A stretch of 64,000 bases of DNA from Antechinus flavipes (Eukaryota): the NCBI RefSeq assembly GCF_016432865.1, contig NC_067399.1, positions 569,594,001-569,658,000 on the forward strand. Direction: 5' to 3'. Under the pieces are notes generated by a model that saw nothing but the letters and a program-made list of their open reading frames with translations, searched no databases and had not been told where the DNA came from. Positions 12,601-24,330 of this stretch are shown here, one piece after another; the stretch's first letter is position 1; every line of letters begins with the position of its first letter. Made by a program: the position numbers and the translations under genes.

Positions 12601-15600
12601 TAAATCCAAGGATTTGCTTCTTGGTTTTACCAGGCAAAACTCTTTTGCTTCATTGCTTATTTGTCCCAAATTGTCACCCTACCCCATCCCCAATGCTTGG
12701 AATTATTTAGGGATTATTGCTCCCTTTCCTGTGCTCCCTCTCCATTTTCCCTTATAGCTTCTGTCAATCTAAGGAGCTAATACCCATTTTATTTAGATGA
12801 ACCTGGCATTTCTTTTGTCTCTCTCTCTCTTTTTTTTTTTTTTTAGAAAATCAACCATTTTCCAGGAATGACAGAAATCTGTCGTAAAGATCTATTGGCG
12901 CGAAATCTCAACCGCATGCACAAGCTTTATCCTTCCGAGTATAACATTTTCCCCCGGACCTGGTGCCTCCCTGCAGAGTAAGTAAATGCTTGTTATTTCA
13001 AAATGGCACACAAGAATAAAAATTAGGAGAGGGATTCAGCTGGCCAAAGAAAACTGACTTGAAATGAGTGTTCCAAGAGAGTCACACAGTGAATAACAGG
13101 AATAATCCAAAGGACTCTGTGGGTGAGCAGTGACCATGATATCTGGAAGCTTTCTGACCACTACCATTGTGCCAAACAGCTATGGGGACTTTCAGAACCA
13201 TGGACGTCAGCGGAAAACTCGTACTTACATCTGTAAGCCAGACAGTGGCTGCCAGGGAAGAGGCATCTTTATCACTCGGAATCCTCGGGAGATCAAGCCA
13301 GGAGAGCACATGATCTGTCAGCAGTACATATCCAAGGTGAGTTTAGATCACTGACTTCTTATTAGTCACGGGGCCATTTTTTTCTCAACAAGCAACTGAA
13401 TCTGATTGTATTTTCCTAGAATCATGTGGGAGGGAATCAGTTTTAGTACCCTTTTGCCCCCTCCACTTTCCTCAGTTGTAGTTCCTACTGCTCGCTTCCC
13501 TCATGGGGATCACTCTCTTTCAGCCCTTCCTCATTGATGGCTTCAAGTTTGATATGAGAATCTATGTCCTGATCACATCCTGTGACCCGCTTCGTGTCTT
13601 CATGTATGAAGAAGGTTTAGCCCGCTTTGCTACTATGCCTTACATGGAACCAAGCATCAGCAATCTGGTATGAGGACCTAAAAGGCAGCCCTGAAGTAGA
13701 AGTATGTACACATCAGTGCTTCAGTATTTCTCCCTTCCCTTGCCAAGAAGTCCTTACATCAACATTATTGTTATTAGATAAACTTGAAAAAAATAAATTT
13801 CTACTTGTTTAGAAGAAAGGATGCCAGAGGGACATACTATAGTTTGATTTGACAACTTCTGAGAATAATTTGGGGAAATCTCTCATAGCTGAGAAAATTA
13901 GTAATAGTTTAGGGTGAAATGGAATCATTAAAGATAAGTTTAGCAGAATTTAATGCCTGGCTTGCCCAGGCTTCCTTTATTCTCAGTGGAAGGCATTCGA
14001 GGAAAGGGAAACACAGGACGTAAGTGTAAGAGCAAGGTCTTCTGCTGAATTTTTAATCATCCGGAAACCTGTGGAATATAAATAAGGATCACAGAGGAAA
14101 ATTCTTGGGAGGAGTAGAATGAGGAATACAGAATAGGGTAAGGAATATACTTCTAATGATAGCTTGAAAATACTGAACTGATTCCTTCATAGGATGATGT
14201 CTGCATGCACCTGACTAACTATGCCATCAACAAGCACAATGAGAATTTTGTCCGAGATGAGACAATAGGCAGCAAGAGGTACTTCTCCTTTTATCTCCCC
14301 TTGCATGCATTGTTCTCCCATCCCTTTCCCAGCCCTGCAGAGGCACCGTGACAGCCCCAGTAGCCCAAGCAATGAGTGGTCTCGTTGGAGGCTAGTTTCT
14401 CTGGAGCACTCAGAAACAGTTTTTCTTATTTCAAGCTCTCCGAACTCTTTCCCTGGGTGTGGCCCATGAATCCTGGTTTCCAACTCTGAAATCATACCCT
14501 GATTCCAATCCTCACTTTTAAAAATAGTTTCCTTTGAAGCTAGAAGGGTATGGGCTTAGTATTAGAGTTTCCTGAGTCCTCTGAGTACTGGGCCTCACAG
14601 GAAGCTGTCAACACTCAACACCTGGCTGAGGGACCACAACTACGAGCCAAGAGAACTGTGGGGGGACATCGAGGACATCATCATCAAGACCATCATCTCC
14701 GCTCATTCCGTCCTTCGACACAACTACCGAACCTGCTTTCCACAGTATTTGGGGAGTGGCACTTGTGCCTGCTTTGAGATCCTTGGCTTCGACATTTTAC
14801 TGGACCACAAGCTGAAGCCCTGGCTGCTAGAGGTGAGGACAGTCCCCAGGATGTCAGAAAACCCAGATCAAGGGACAGTCAAATGGATAGCTCTTTCCTT
14901 GTGAAGCGTGAGCCACTGGTCCAAGACAGAGGCATGAAATGGTTGAGAAAGAAATGAATGAAGCCTCCTATCTGTATAAACACACACACATACCTGTCGG
15001 TCTGTTTGTTTATACTGACAAGCTATTGTTGAGAGAAAGGAGCAACCTATGCCTGTGTGTAGAGTCAAAACTTACTGGACTCCAAGCCCAGGTAAATGCC
15101 TCTCTTGAACCATGGGAAGCCAGATTGGGATATCCTGACTGGTTTATACCAGGAGCCTTACTTTAGTAGTCTTAGTCTCTTTGCCTTGCCCTGGCTAATC
15201 CGTGATATTTACACGGACCTTTATCACAACCTGGCTGCTGCTGATTAAAACCACGTCTCATCTTTAGCCACTGAAAGGGACCTCTCTGTAATGACCTTTC
15301 CATTATCCCTACCATTCTTGGAAGACTTAGGCAAGGGGTAGATAATGACTCTTCCTGATAGGTCAATCACTCTCCGAGCTTCACCACAGACTCAAGCCTC
15401 GACCGGGAAGTGAAGGATGCACTTCTTGGTGATGCCATGAATCTTATCAACCTCCGAGGCTGTGACAAGAGGAAGGTGCTAGAAGAAGATAAGCGGAGGG
15501 TGAAGGAGAGGCTTTTCCAGTGTCATCAGCAACCACGAGAAACCCGGTATTCTGATGTTTTACAAAGCACGTCGTTAAATCATGTTTTTGCCTATTCCGC

Positions 15601-18600
15601 CATTGTTTTCTTTCTAAGAAAGCTCCCGGCTGGCCTAGTTTACTTGTTTTCTAGAGTCTGGCACAACTCGTAATTTCTGTGATAAAGATTGGTAATATAG
15701 AAAACGGAGCCTTGAATGATGCTGCTATTCTAAAAATAAAAGTAGCAAAGTATGTTTCCTCTAGTATACCTGCCTATATTGGAAACAAAAATAAAAAAAA
15801 AAAAACACCCTGTTGAACACACTGAGTATTTGGCATTACCACAGTTGGTAAGTTCAGCCAGTACCAAGTTATGTTTGAATTTCTAATCTCACAACTAGGG
15901 TTGGGCCACACAGAGGTGTTTTTTGTTAGGAGGCACATTGGATTTGGTTGATTTAAATTATTCTTGAGGTGGTTCTGGACTGAAGTTTCAAGGTAGCCAG
16001 TAGTAGGAAAGGTGGGGAGACATACTTTTCAGGCTTACACCCTGAATTAAGCATACCCACACATATACATACCCCCTCCTTAAACTAAGAATGATTCCTA
16101 CAGGCGAGAACAAATGGAGTCATCAAATGCAGCAATGCTGGACCAGGAGAAGTATGAGAACTCCCACCTAGGTGGTTACCGGCGTATCTACCCTGGGCCA
16201 GATTCTGAAAAATATGCACCCTTTTTCAAGCACAATGGCTCGCTTTTCCAGGAGACTGCTGCCTCCAAAGCAAGGGAAGAATGTGCCAGGTACATTGCCC
16301 AATTTAACAAACTTTTTTTCATCTTAAACTTTTCATTTTCTCACTCCTTCTATCTTCTGATACTCACTGAGATCTGTCACCCTCCTGATGACACATTCCA
16401 ATACCTCTTATACTCTTCCAACTTCCTGTCCCTCACAAATTTGGTCATGCTTGGAGAAGAAGAATATTCCTTATTGCCACTTCCAGTTTTCCTCTATCAC
16501 AATCATTCAACAGCCTGTCCTGTTTCTAAGGTTCATTTAGTCCATAATTCATCATATAATAAAGATTCTATAGCTGTTATTTATCAATTCCCTAAGAAGT
16601 TCTCTTTCTTTCCTCAATGAGTTCAGTGCCTGGCTTTCTCTCACCTCAATTGCTTTCTTTCTAGGGACTAGTACATATTGCTGAATCTTCAAACCTTCGT
16701 TTCCCATGACTCCTCTACTCTAGCTATACACAGAGACAGTCTTACTACTTTTGATATTGTCATCATCAATACATGTTCACTTCTATGTTCAGGAACTCTG
16801 AAATTGCTTTATCTGAACATAATAATTTTTATCAGTCTATTTTTACTTCAAAATAACAACCCCTAACTCTGTTCTTTGTCTTCAGTTTGACCTCTAGTCC
16901 CTCCATCCCTGTTTCTTGGCAAGCCACTGGATACACTCTTTCCCTATATTTAAACTTTGGTGAAAAAGCTCAACACAAATCCCTTGTTCCTCTTATCCTG
17001 TCACCAATATAGCATTGTCAAGCTCCAATTTTGTATTATATTCCTTATCCACTGCCTTTGGTTCTATCTCTGTGCTGCCAAGTAGAATTGTAGAAAATCA
17101 AGAAACTGATAACTACAAATTTGTGTTACATATTTTCACTCTGAAGCAAGATAATCCTTTTATACTTTCATAATCGATTCACTGGGCAAGTAGGTGATAC
17201 AATGAACAGAGTGCCAGGTGTGGAGTCAGGAAAACTTATCTTCCTGAGTTCCAATCTGGCCTCAAATACTTTCTAACTGTATGACTCTGGGGAAAGAAAA
17301 ATACCTATTTGCTTCAGTTTTCTTATATTTAAGCTGAACTAGAGAAGGAAATGGCAAACTACTCCAGTATCTTTGCCAATACCACCCCAAATGGGGTCAT
17401 GAAGACTTGGACATGACTGAAAAATGTTCTAAGCAACAAAACTGATTCACTACTCTGTTCATCTTAATAGCTTTTCTTCCCCTTTTTATCTCCCCTCAAC
17501 TTAATTTCATATTTCCTTACAAAAATTGAGGCCTTGGCTGAACAATCCTTCTTCTCTCATCATTCTCATCTCATATTAGTTAAATGGGTTTCCTCACTAC
17601 TTCCTCCTTTACTCCATTTCATAAGATGATGTGCACTTTCTCCTTGTCCAAGTAAATCCCTTTATGTGCACCCTTGATTACCTTTAATCATATCCTTTCT
17701 CACTAATCTTCAGTCTCTAACTCCTGGATATTTTGCTTCCAACAAACATACTCAAGTCTCCTCCATTTTTAAAAACAAGAAAAAAGCCCTGCTTTTGATC
17801 CTTCCAATCTAATTATTGCAGTCCTCGTCTATTTATTCTTTTCCAAATCCTCTGAAGTTTGTCTTCCAACCTCCTCATTTAGCTGGAATTATTCCCTTCA
17901 AAGTGAATTATCTCATTCATCAAATCTAAAGGCCTTTTCTCATCTTCATCTTTCTGTGCAGCTAGTAATCCATTACTTTCCATTGATACTCTCTCCTCTA
18001 TAGGTTTTTGTTAACACTGCTCTCTGGTTGCTCTCCTCCTACCTGCTTGATCTACTACACTAAGTTTCCTCTACTGGATCTTTATTCAAAGGTCATACCC
18101 ATTAACTGTGAGTATGCCCCTCAAAGTTCTGTCTTGAGACTTTTTCTTCTTATATATTCCTTCTTAAGCAGCTAGGTAGAAAAGTAGACAGAGCCAGAAA
18201 ATGAGTTTTCCAGAGTTTAAATCTGGCCTCAGATACTTACTAGCTGTGTGACCTTGGGCAAATCACTTAATCTTGTTTGCCCTAGATCCTCATCTGTAAA
18301 ATGAGCTGAAAAAGAAAATAAGCAGTCACTCCAGTATGTTTACCAAAAAACCCAGAAGGGGTCACAAAGAATTGGACACAACTGAAATGACTAAACAATA
18401 TATATTCTTTTGCTTGGTGATCTCATCATATCTCATGAATTTATGAAAATGATTCTCTTATCTTTTATCCACCCCTAACCTCTCTGCTAATCTCCAGTTT
18501 TGCCTCTTCAACTACCTTCTGGACATCTCAAATTGGTTGTCTTTTAGGCATATCAAATTCAACATGTGCCAAACAGAACTTAGTATCTTTCCTCCAAAAT

Positions 18601-21600
18601 TCTCCCCTCTTCTAATACTTCCTTCCTTCCCAAGCTTGTAACTTTACTGTCAAGTTTAACTCATCGTTCTTAACTTTATATATTCAATCCTATTGCCAAG
18701 TCTTATTGTTTTTACTTTTGCAATGTGTCATATACACATATCTCCTCTTTTCTAACACAGCTACAACTCTGGTGTAGGTAAGCTCTTACAGCTTATTCTG
18801 GACTACTGCAGTAGATTTCTGGTTGGTGTCCTTCACAGTCCCATCCATCTTCTACTAGCTGCCAGAGTGATCTTTAAGCACAGGTCTCAGTACTCTTCTA
18901 TTCAATAAACTTCAGGACCCTCCCTATTAACATCGGAATCAAATATAAAACCATTCACAAACCTGACTTCTTTCCACCCTTCCATGTTTCTTAGTTTATC
19001 CCCTTCCATTAGTTCTCACTGTTCCTCATACACAATACTTCATCCTGACTGCCTTTTTATTGGTTGTCCCTAGGGCCTAGAATGACCTCCCTTCTTGTCC
19101 TACCTCCTGGCTTCCCTCAAGATTCAATTCAAAACCAGCCTTCTTTAAGAGGGATTTCCTTACTAATTCCTTCCTCCATTTTGACCCCCTAGAACATTCC
19201 CTCTGACATTACCTCCTGTTTTCCAACTATGTAGATCACAGTAGAATGTGAGCTTCTTGAGGGCAGGGATTTTTTTTTTTTCCTTTCTTTGTATCTGCAG
19301 AGCTTAGCACAATATTTGGAATGGTAAACGCTTGTTGACTGAAGACTTGGCCATGCTTCGCACAATCATATTAGTATGAGAGAAGACATTCAGCTTTTGA
19401 GACTTAACTTCTACCCACTGCTATATGAGAAAACCAGACATACAGAGTTGTTTCTTCTTTCAAGTTCCAATTCCTTTTTCAAATCAGAATCTAGGTTTTA
19501 TTAGGCTTTCCCCCCCCTTTTCATCAATTTTGGGACTCCCAGGTTAGAATCTCTATACACACACACATTCCTCCTACCCCTTGTATTACTCTAGTACCTG
19601 AAACTGCTTTGTCTTGCCAGGCAGCAACTGGAGGAGATCCGTCTGAAGCAGGAACAGCTTGAGGCCACAGGCAACAACAAAAGGAGAAAAGAAAATAAGG
19701 ATGTAAATCAGGGAGAATCAGCTGGAGAGAAGAATAGGTCCAGGGTAGGGCCCAAAGGCCTGCCCACTCGCTTGAACTACATAAGGTCCAGGAACCAAGA
19801 AAAGCAGGTGTCACTGGCTTAAGTTAAATCACAGAATCATTTATTCTCAGAGCTAGAAGGGACTTGAAAGGTCATATAATCAAATTTTCTCATTTTACAA
19901 ATGAGGAAGTTGAGGCCTAGAGAGGTTAAATGAGTTGTTCAAATGTCACAACAAGTAGCAGAAATGGAACACAGGTCTCAAACCTTCTCGACCTGCTCTT
20001 TCCATTATACCAGGCTTCCTTTTCAGTAGTGAAATTAGAAACACAAGAAAAATAGCAGGCTATTCTAGAGGGAATTCATGCTATCCTATGAAAATAAGAT
20101 ATAAATTCTAACATAATTAGCAAAATTGCACATGACTTTCTGTAAAATAAATTTTTTTCGTGTACAAGAAAGCCATGAAAGAGGAGGGCCATTTAATTCT
20201 GAAAAGATAAACTTTACATAAATGTCCATTTTCAAGGAGAAATCTGGGGTTGAATAAATAGTATGGTATTTGGCACTTTGAGTGATCTACCAAGCAACAA
20301 GGAGCAGCTGGGGAAGGGAAGGGATCACAAAGTTGGGCATAGTGGGAAGAATGAAGAGGATTTTTGTGCCGAGAAGAATAGGGAAATAATAACCATGCAC
20401 TGTGCAGGATTCATTAATACTAACATCTTTTGCTGATAATTTGGAGCCTTTCATTGATCACCTGTGTTTTTTGTAGCTTCCAGCAGTACAAGTGGACACT
20501 ATGCAGCCTCAAGAAATTGTGGAGGAGGAGGAATTGGAACGGTTGAAGTCCCTTCTTCAAAGGGAGAATCTTATTCGTAGTCTGGGTATTGTAGATCAGC
20601 TAACTCGTATGCTGCACCCCACTCAACGACCCCAGAACAAATTCCCTACAAATCGGGTGAGAGTGCTTTCACAGTCTTATTTAGCATGGGAAAACGGGGT
20701 TGTAAAATGTGTTAGGGGATAGTGCTAGGTAGCTAATTCAGAATAGTGCTTGACATCCTGACACAGTTGCTACATAAGACCTACAATGAAAAGGATTTGG
20801 AATTCTTGACTACATCTGATCCCCAAATCCTGTGCTCTTTCACACTTAAAGATAATGTCAGGGAGCAGCTCCTAATGGCCAGTATGTCATAGATTATGAG
20901 CTAGGTAGTCAGAATATTCATTATATACTTTTTTATGTTTGGAGAGGTATGGGGTATGGCTCCAAATAATATTGCCACACTGAAATCAAAGCCAAAGCCT
21001 TAAATTCTTAAGTCCCCTGTAGCTTCTGAACAGCTCTTTTCCCAGAAGTGCCAGGGCTGATAGGACTACTGAACAAAGGGGGCAACTACCTAAAATGTCT
21101 TTGAACCAGAAAGTGCAACAAAGGATATATTTAATATTGTTTACAAATAAATATATTTATAATGCAGAAAAGTCTGCTTCGTGGCATATTGATATTTTGT
21201 GATTAGTCAAGTTGAATGATTTTCCAGCATTAGTATCAAATTCAAAAAGAAATGGATCCCTGCGGCTACTGGTAACAAAAAAAACCCCACAAATTAACAT
21301 CATCTGTTGTACTATATTTTAATTTATTTTGTTAAACATTTCCCAATTAAATTTTAATCTGGTTAGAACCACACTAGGAAGATTCAAGTTTGACAACCTC
21401 TAATTTACAGTACAGGTTCAAATTCTCTGAGGAACACAATGTTCAAATGCAGGAAAGTATAATTTATAATCCTTTCCTACGTCACACAAATGCCTTTTAT
21501 TTATTGTATTAGGGATTTGATCTAAAGAGAAGTGGGTGGGTAAAAAGCAAAAAAAACTTCCTTTTTGGACCTTGCCTAAGCTACTTTTGCCAAAGCTAAA

Positions 21601-22968
21601 AGGAAAAGTTAGTTGGATAGTGGTTTTTCTAGAAGAAACCATTTCGGGCACCCATTTCTCCCCAAATGTCTCTCCTCCCAACAAAGATAGTAAGGCATTA
21701 CTCTTCTTTTAGGCTAGATTTCACCAGGATGGACTTGGCAATCGAGATGTGCAGTCTGTGAATCTCGTCCCTTTGTCCCTTATAAGAGAAAATTCCGTCC
21801 AAGAACTGGGCCCTAACTTCATACAACCAGTCCGGACTCACACATTCATCCCCAACATCTTGGGTCCACTGTCAAACATGAGAACAACCATCCCCCACCC
21901 TTCCCACTGCCAGCTGCAGCCCAAGAACCTCAACTGGTTAGGTACCTCTTCTGCAGGAAGTAGTTCCTGCTCACTGACAATGAAGAAGTCAGGCAGACGT
22001 TATTTTTCCAGTACTCGAGGCAACAAGCATGATGGCCGTAAGTACCCAAATAACTGAAAGATTTTTAACAAAAGGCTCCTTACAGCTCTTCCCACATGAC
22101 TGGTTTGACCACTCTCTTTCCCACTTATCTAAGACTCTGATTCTCCTACTCCTTCACAATTAATTCCCATTATTATCAAATACTTTTAATGACCCTGGGA
22201 TAAATTCTTTCTGGAACACATTTCAGTTAAAACTCCAAAGACCACCAAAGATCATTTATAAGACTAGGAATGGAAGTCCTTAGACATTAGAGAAGTTGGT
22301 TTGTAAGTAAATAAGCACTGAGCAGTAGGAAGGACTCATGAAAGTTTCTTAGAAACTAAAGTAGCCTGGCACTTGGAAGTGAAATGTATTAATGTGAATT
22401 AAAAAGCCAAAGCTTAAATGGGTATAAATAAGCCCAGGGCTAGGAGCTAGGCATAAGTCTTCTCAGCAGAAAGAAAAAGTAACATCATTTGGGAAATATG
22501 GACTGACACCATGCTCCTGGCAGTCAAGAGTCTGGATGATGAGTAATAGAAAATATATGGGAGGATTTATTTCTCTAGAATTAAGTCTAGTCACTACTTG
22601 GCTACCACAGTCCCAATTTTGCTAAGTGGTCTTGGGTTGGGGAATGAATGATCAAATAAACTGACTTGGGCTCTCTCAAATCCTCAGGGTCCCGTATTTT
22701 TATTTTAGAGGGCCAAACTAACAGGAGGTTAGAAGCCATGAACCGGGCACTGACAGGATCAGTGCCGCCCTCCCTAGCCCCAAGGCAGGGCTACCTTCTG
22801 CACCCAGAGAGAGAAGCAAGTGACTCCTGGGCTGGCTGCAGCCTGCCCTCCATGTCAGAATCCAGGCACAGAGTCACGACCCGCGAGTTGACGCTGTGTC
22901 CCGCCTCTGCACCCCTTCTCCAGCACCCCAATGCACTGGGTCTCCTCAACATCAGCCACCACAGGTAA
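9676..22968 (+). CDS. TTLL13: Tubulin polyglutamylase TTLL13, 14 coding exons, 824 aa, intact
   Basis: Exons 9676-9917, 10794-10834, 12122-12240, 12847-12977, 13180-13336, 13524-13667, 14193-14278, 14601-14832, 15362-15546, 16104-16289, 19621-19807, 20477-20656, 21713-22037, 22709-22968; 2475 nt, all GT-AG and in phase. TTL motifs: [71 protein letters not shown]. Confidence 0.93.
10845..11070 (-). mobile_element. MAR1-type marsupial SINE
   Basis: TTTGCCATTTCCTTCTCTAGCTCATTTTACAGATGAGAAAACTGAAGC...GTTAAGTGACTTGTCCAGGATCACAC...TCTGAGGCCAGATTTGAAC. Confidence 0.75.
17184..17440 (+). mobile_element. MAR1-type SINE nested in L2
   Basis: GGAGTCAGGAAAAC...GAGAAGGAAATGGCAAACTACTCCAGTATCTTTGCC...GGGGTCATGAAGACTTGGACATGACTGAA. 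Confidence 0.75.
18168..18400 (+). mobile_element. MAR1-type SINE nested in L2
   Basis: GCAGCTAGGT...AAATCTGGCCTCAGATACTTACTAGCTGTGTGACCTTGGGCAAATCAC...GGGTCACAAAGAATTGGACACAACTGAA. Confidence 0.75.
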
Positions 22969-22969
22969 G

Positions 22970-24330
22970 AGCGGCTCGCCCACTCCAGGGGTCCGGGGCT
23001 TCCTTAACCATCAGGCTGTCATTTGGTAACAGTGCCGAGTCGTGAGGAACCGAGCATCACCCAAACCCCCGGGTCCCGGGGAGGACGGGGCGCAGCAAGC
23101 CCAGAAAAGCGGCCGGGGAAGCAGTGCGGGCCTCCAGACTCAGACCCGCTCTGTCCCCCAGGTGATGGACCTGAGCCCAGGGCCGGAAGAATGAACCTAC
23201 TGGTCCCTGGATATCGGAGAGCAGAGGTAACATCTGAGCCGAAAGAGAGCAGGAGACTACTCCCTGGGCCTGACCTGGGCCCTGAGCCTAGCGACGAAGC
23301 CGGGTCCTCAGACCTAGCCGAGCAGAGTCCGGTGACCTGCCGTGGGCTGCCGGCGCTCAGGAGGACGTCGCCGTGCTGCGTGTGACGTGAGGTCTGGCGT
23401 CCGTGCATGCGTGCGTGGGCCGGGGAGGAGCGTGCTGCCTCTCCACCGCCGCTCTTACCCTACGGGACCGCTCGAGAGCAACAGCTGCGGCTGGGGCCGG
23501 GACTGAGCTCTTAGCAATTGTATCCGTCTTTTTATTAAAATTTTATAGCGTTTCTCTTCCTGCCTCTGACTTTCCCCCGCGCCTCGCGTATCAGGCTTGA
23601 CGAGGGGGCCTAACTCCTCAGCTCTTGCTCTCTCACCAGTCACTCAAATTGGGCGATTAATGGTACCGGAGACACTAGCATTAGGCCCTGAGGCTCAGGG
23701 ATGTCCCGGACCCCTTCCCGCAGTCCCAATCGCGTACTAAGAGATGGCCTTCGGTGAAACCGGTATTGAGTCTGCCCCTTCCGCTTCCAGGGCTGTCTGA
23801 GCCGCGGTAGGGGTGGAGTTCCGATTCTCCCTCCGCCTCAGCCAGACCAGACAGTGGCGGCGTCATGGCAGCTGCCTCTAACTTCTTAGCAGCCTCGCGA
23901 CTCCGCGCCGCTGCCGCGTGGTCTCGGCTCGTGGTACGCGGGGTGGCGGGGCCGCCCGGGACAGGCTCGAATCCCTGTTCCGGCCGAGGAGATTTGGAGG
24001 ACGACCTGGATTCAGACTGGGAACCGGAGCGGGAGCTGCGAGAGTTGGAGAGGTACCAAGGTTGCGACTGTTGCCATTCTCTGTCTGGGTCCACTGTTCC
24101 CGAGAGCCTGGAGGTCCCACTGCCGGGTCTGGCTTCTATCGGTTTGCAGACTAGCCACGTCCTCCTTCCTCGTAACGAGCGATTTGCCTTGGAGCCGCCT
24201 GGTAGTGGGAGGCAGGGTACGGAGGGAGGATGAGCAGCCAGGACACGCTGGCTGGCGACCGACCCACTAACTGACTCAAGTATAACGGCCGCGGTATGCG
24301 AGGACTTGGCTCCAAGGAAAGGCGAAGACC
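22970..24330. promoter_or_regulatory. CpG island: NGRN promoter overlapping the TTLL13 3' end
   Basis: High GC/CpG begins immediately after the TTLL13 stop; the only poly(A)-like hexamer seen before the NGRN ATG is ATTAAA at 23534-23539. Confidence 0.7.

Larger units (their letters stand above)
16350..19345 (+). mobile_element. Old degenerate L2 LINE in TTLL13 intron, interrupted by MAR1 SINEs
   Basis: Pyrimidine-rich L2-like body (e.g. TCAAATTCAACATGTGCCAAACAGAAC) and 3' tail (AGAATGTGAGCTTCTTGAGGGCAGGGA...CTTGTTGACTGAA); boundaries approximate. Confidence 0.6.

Noticed and set aside
23019-23643. 120-129 aa ORFs on both strands between TTLL13 and NGRN
   Set aside because: Typical CpG-island artefacts; no splice or homology support.
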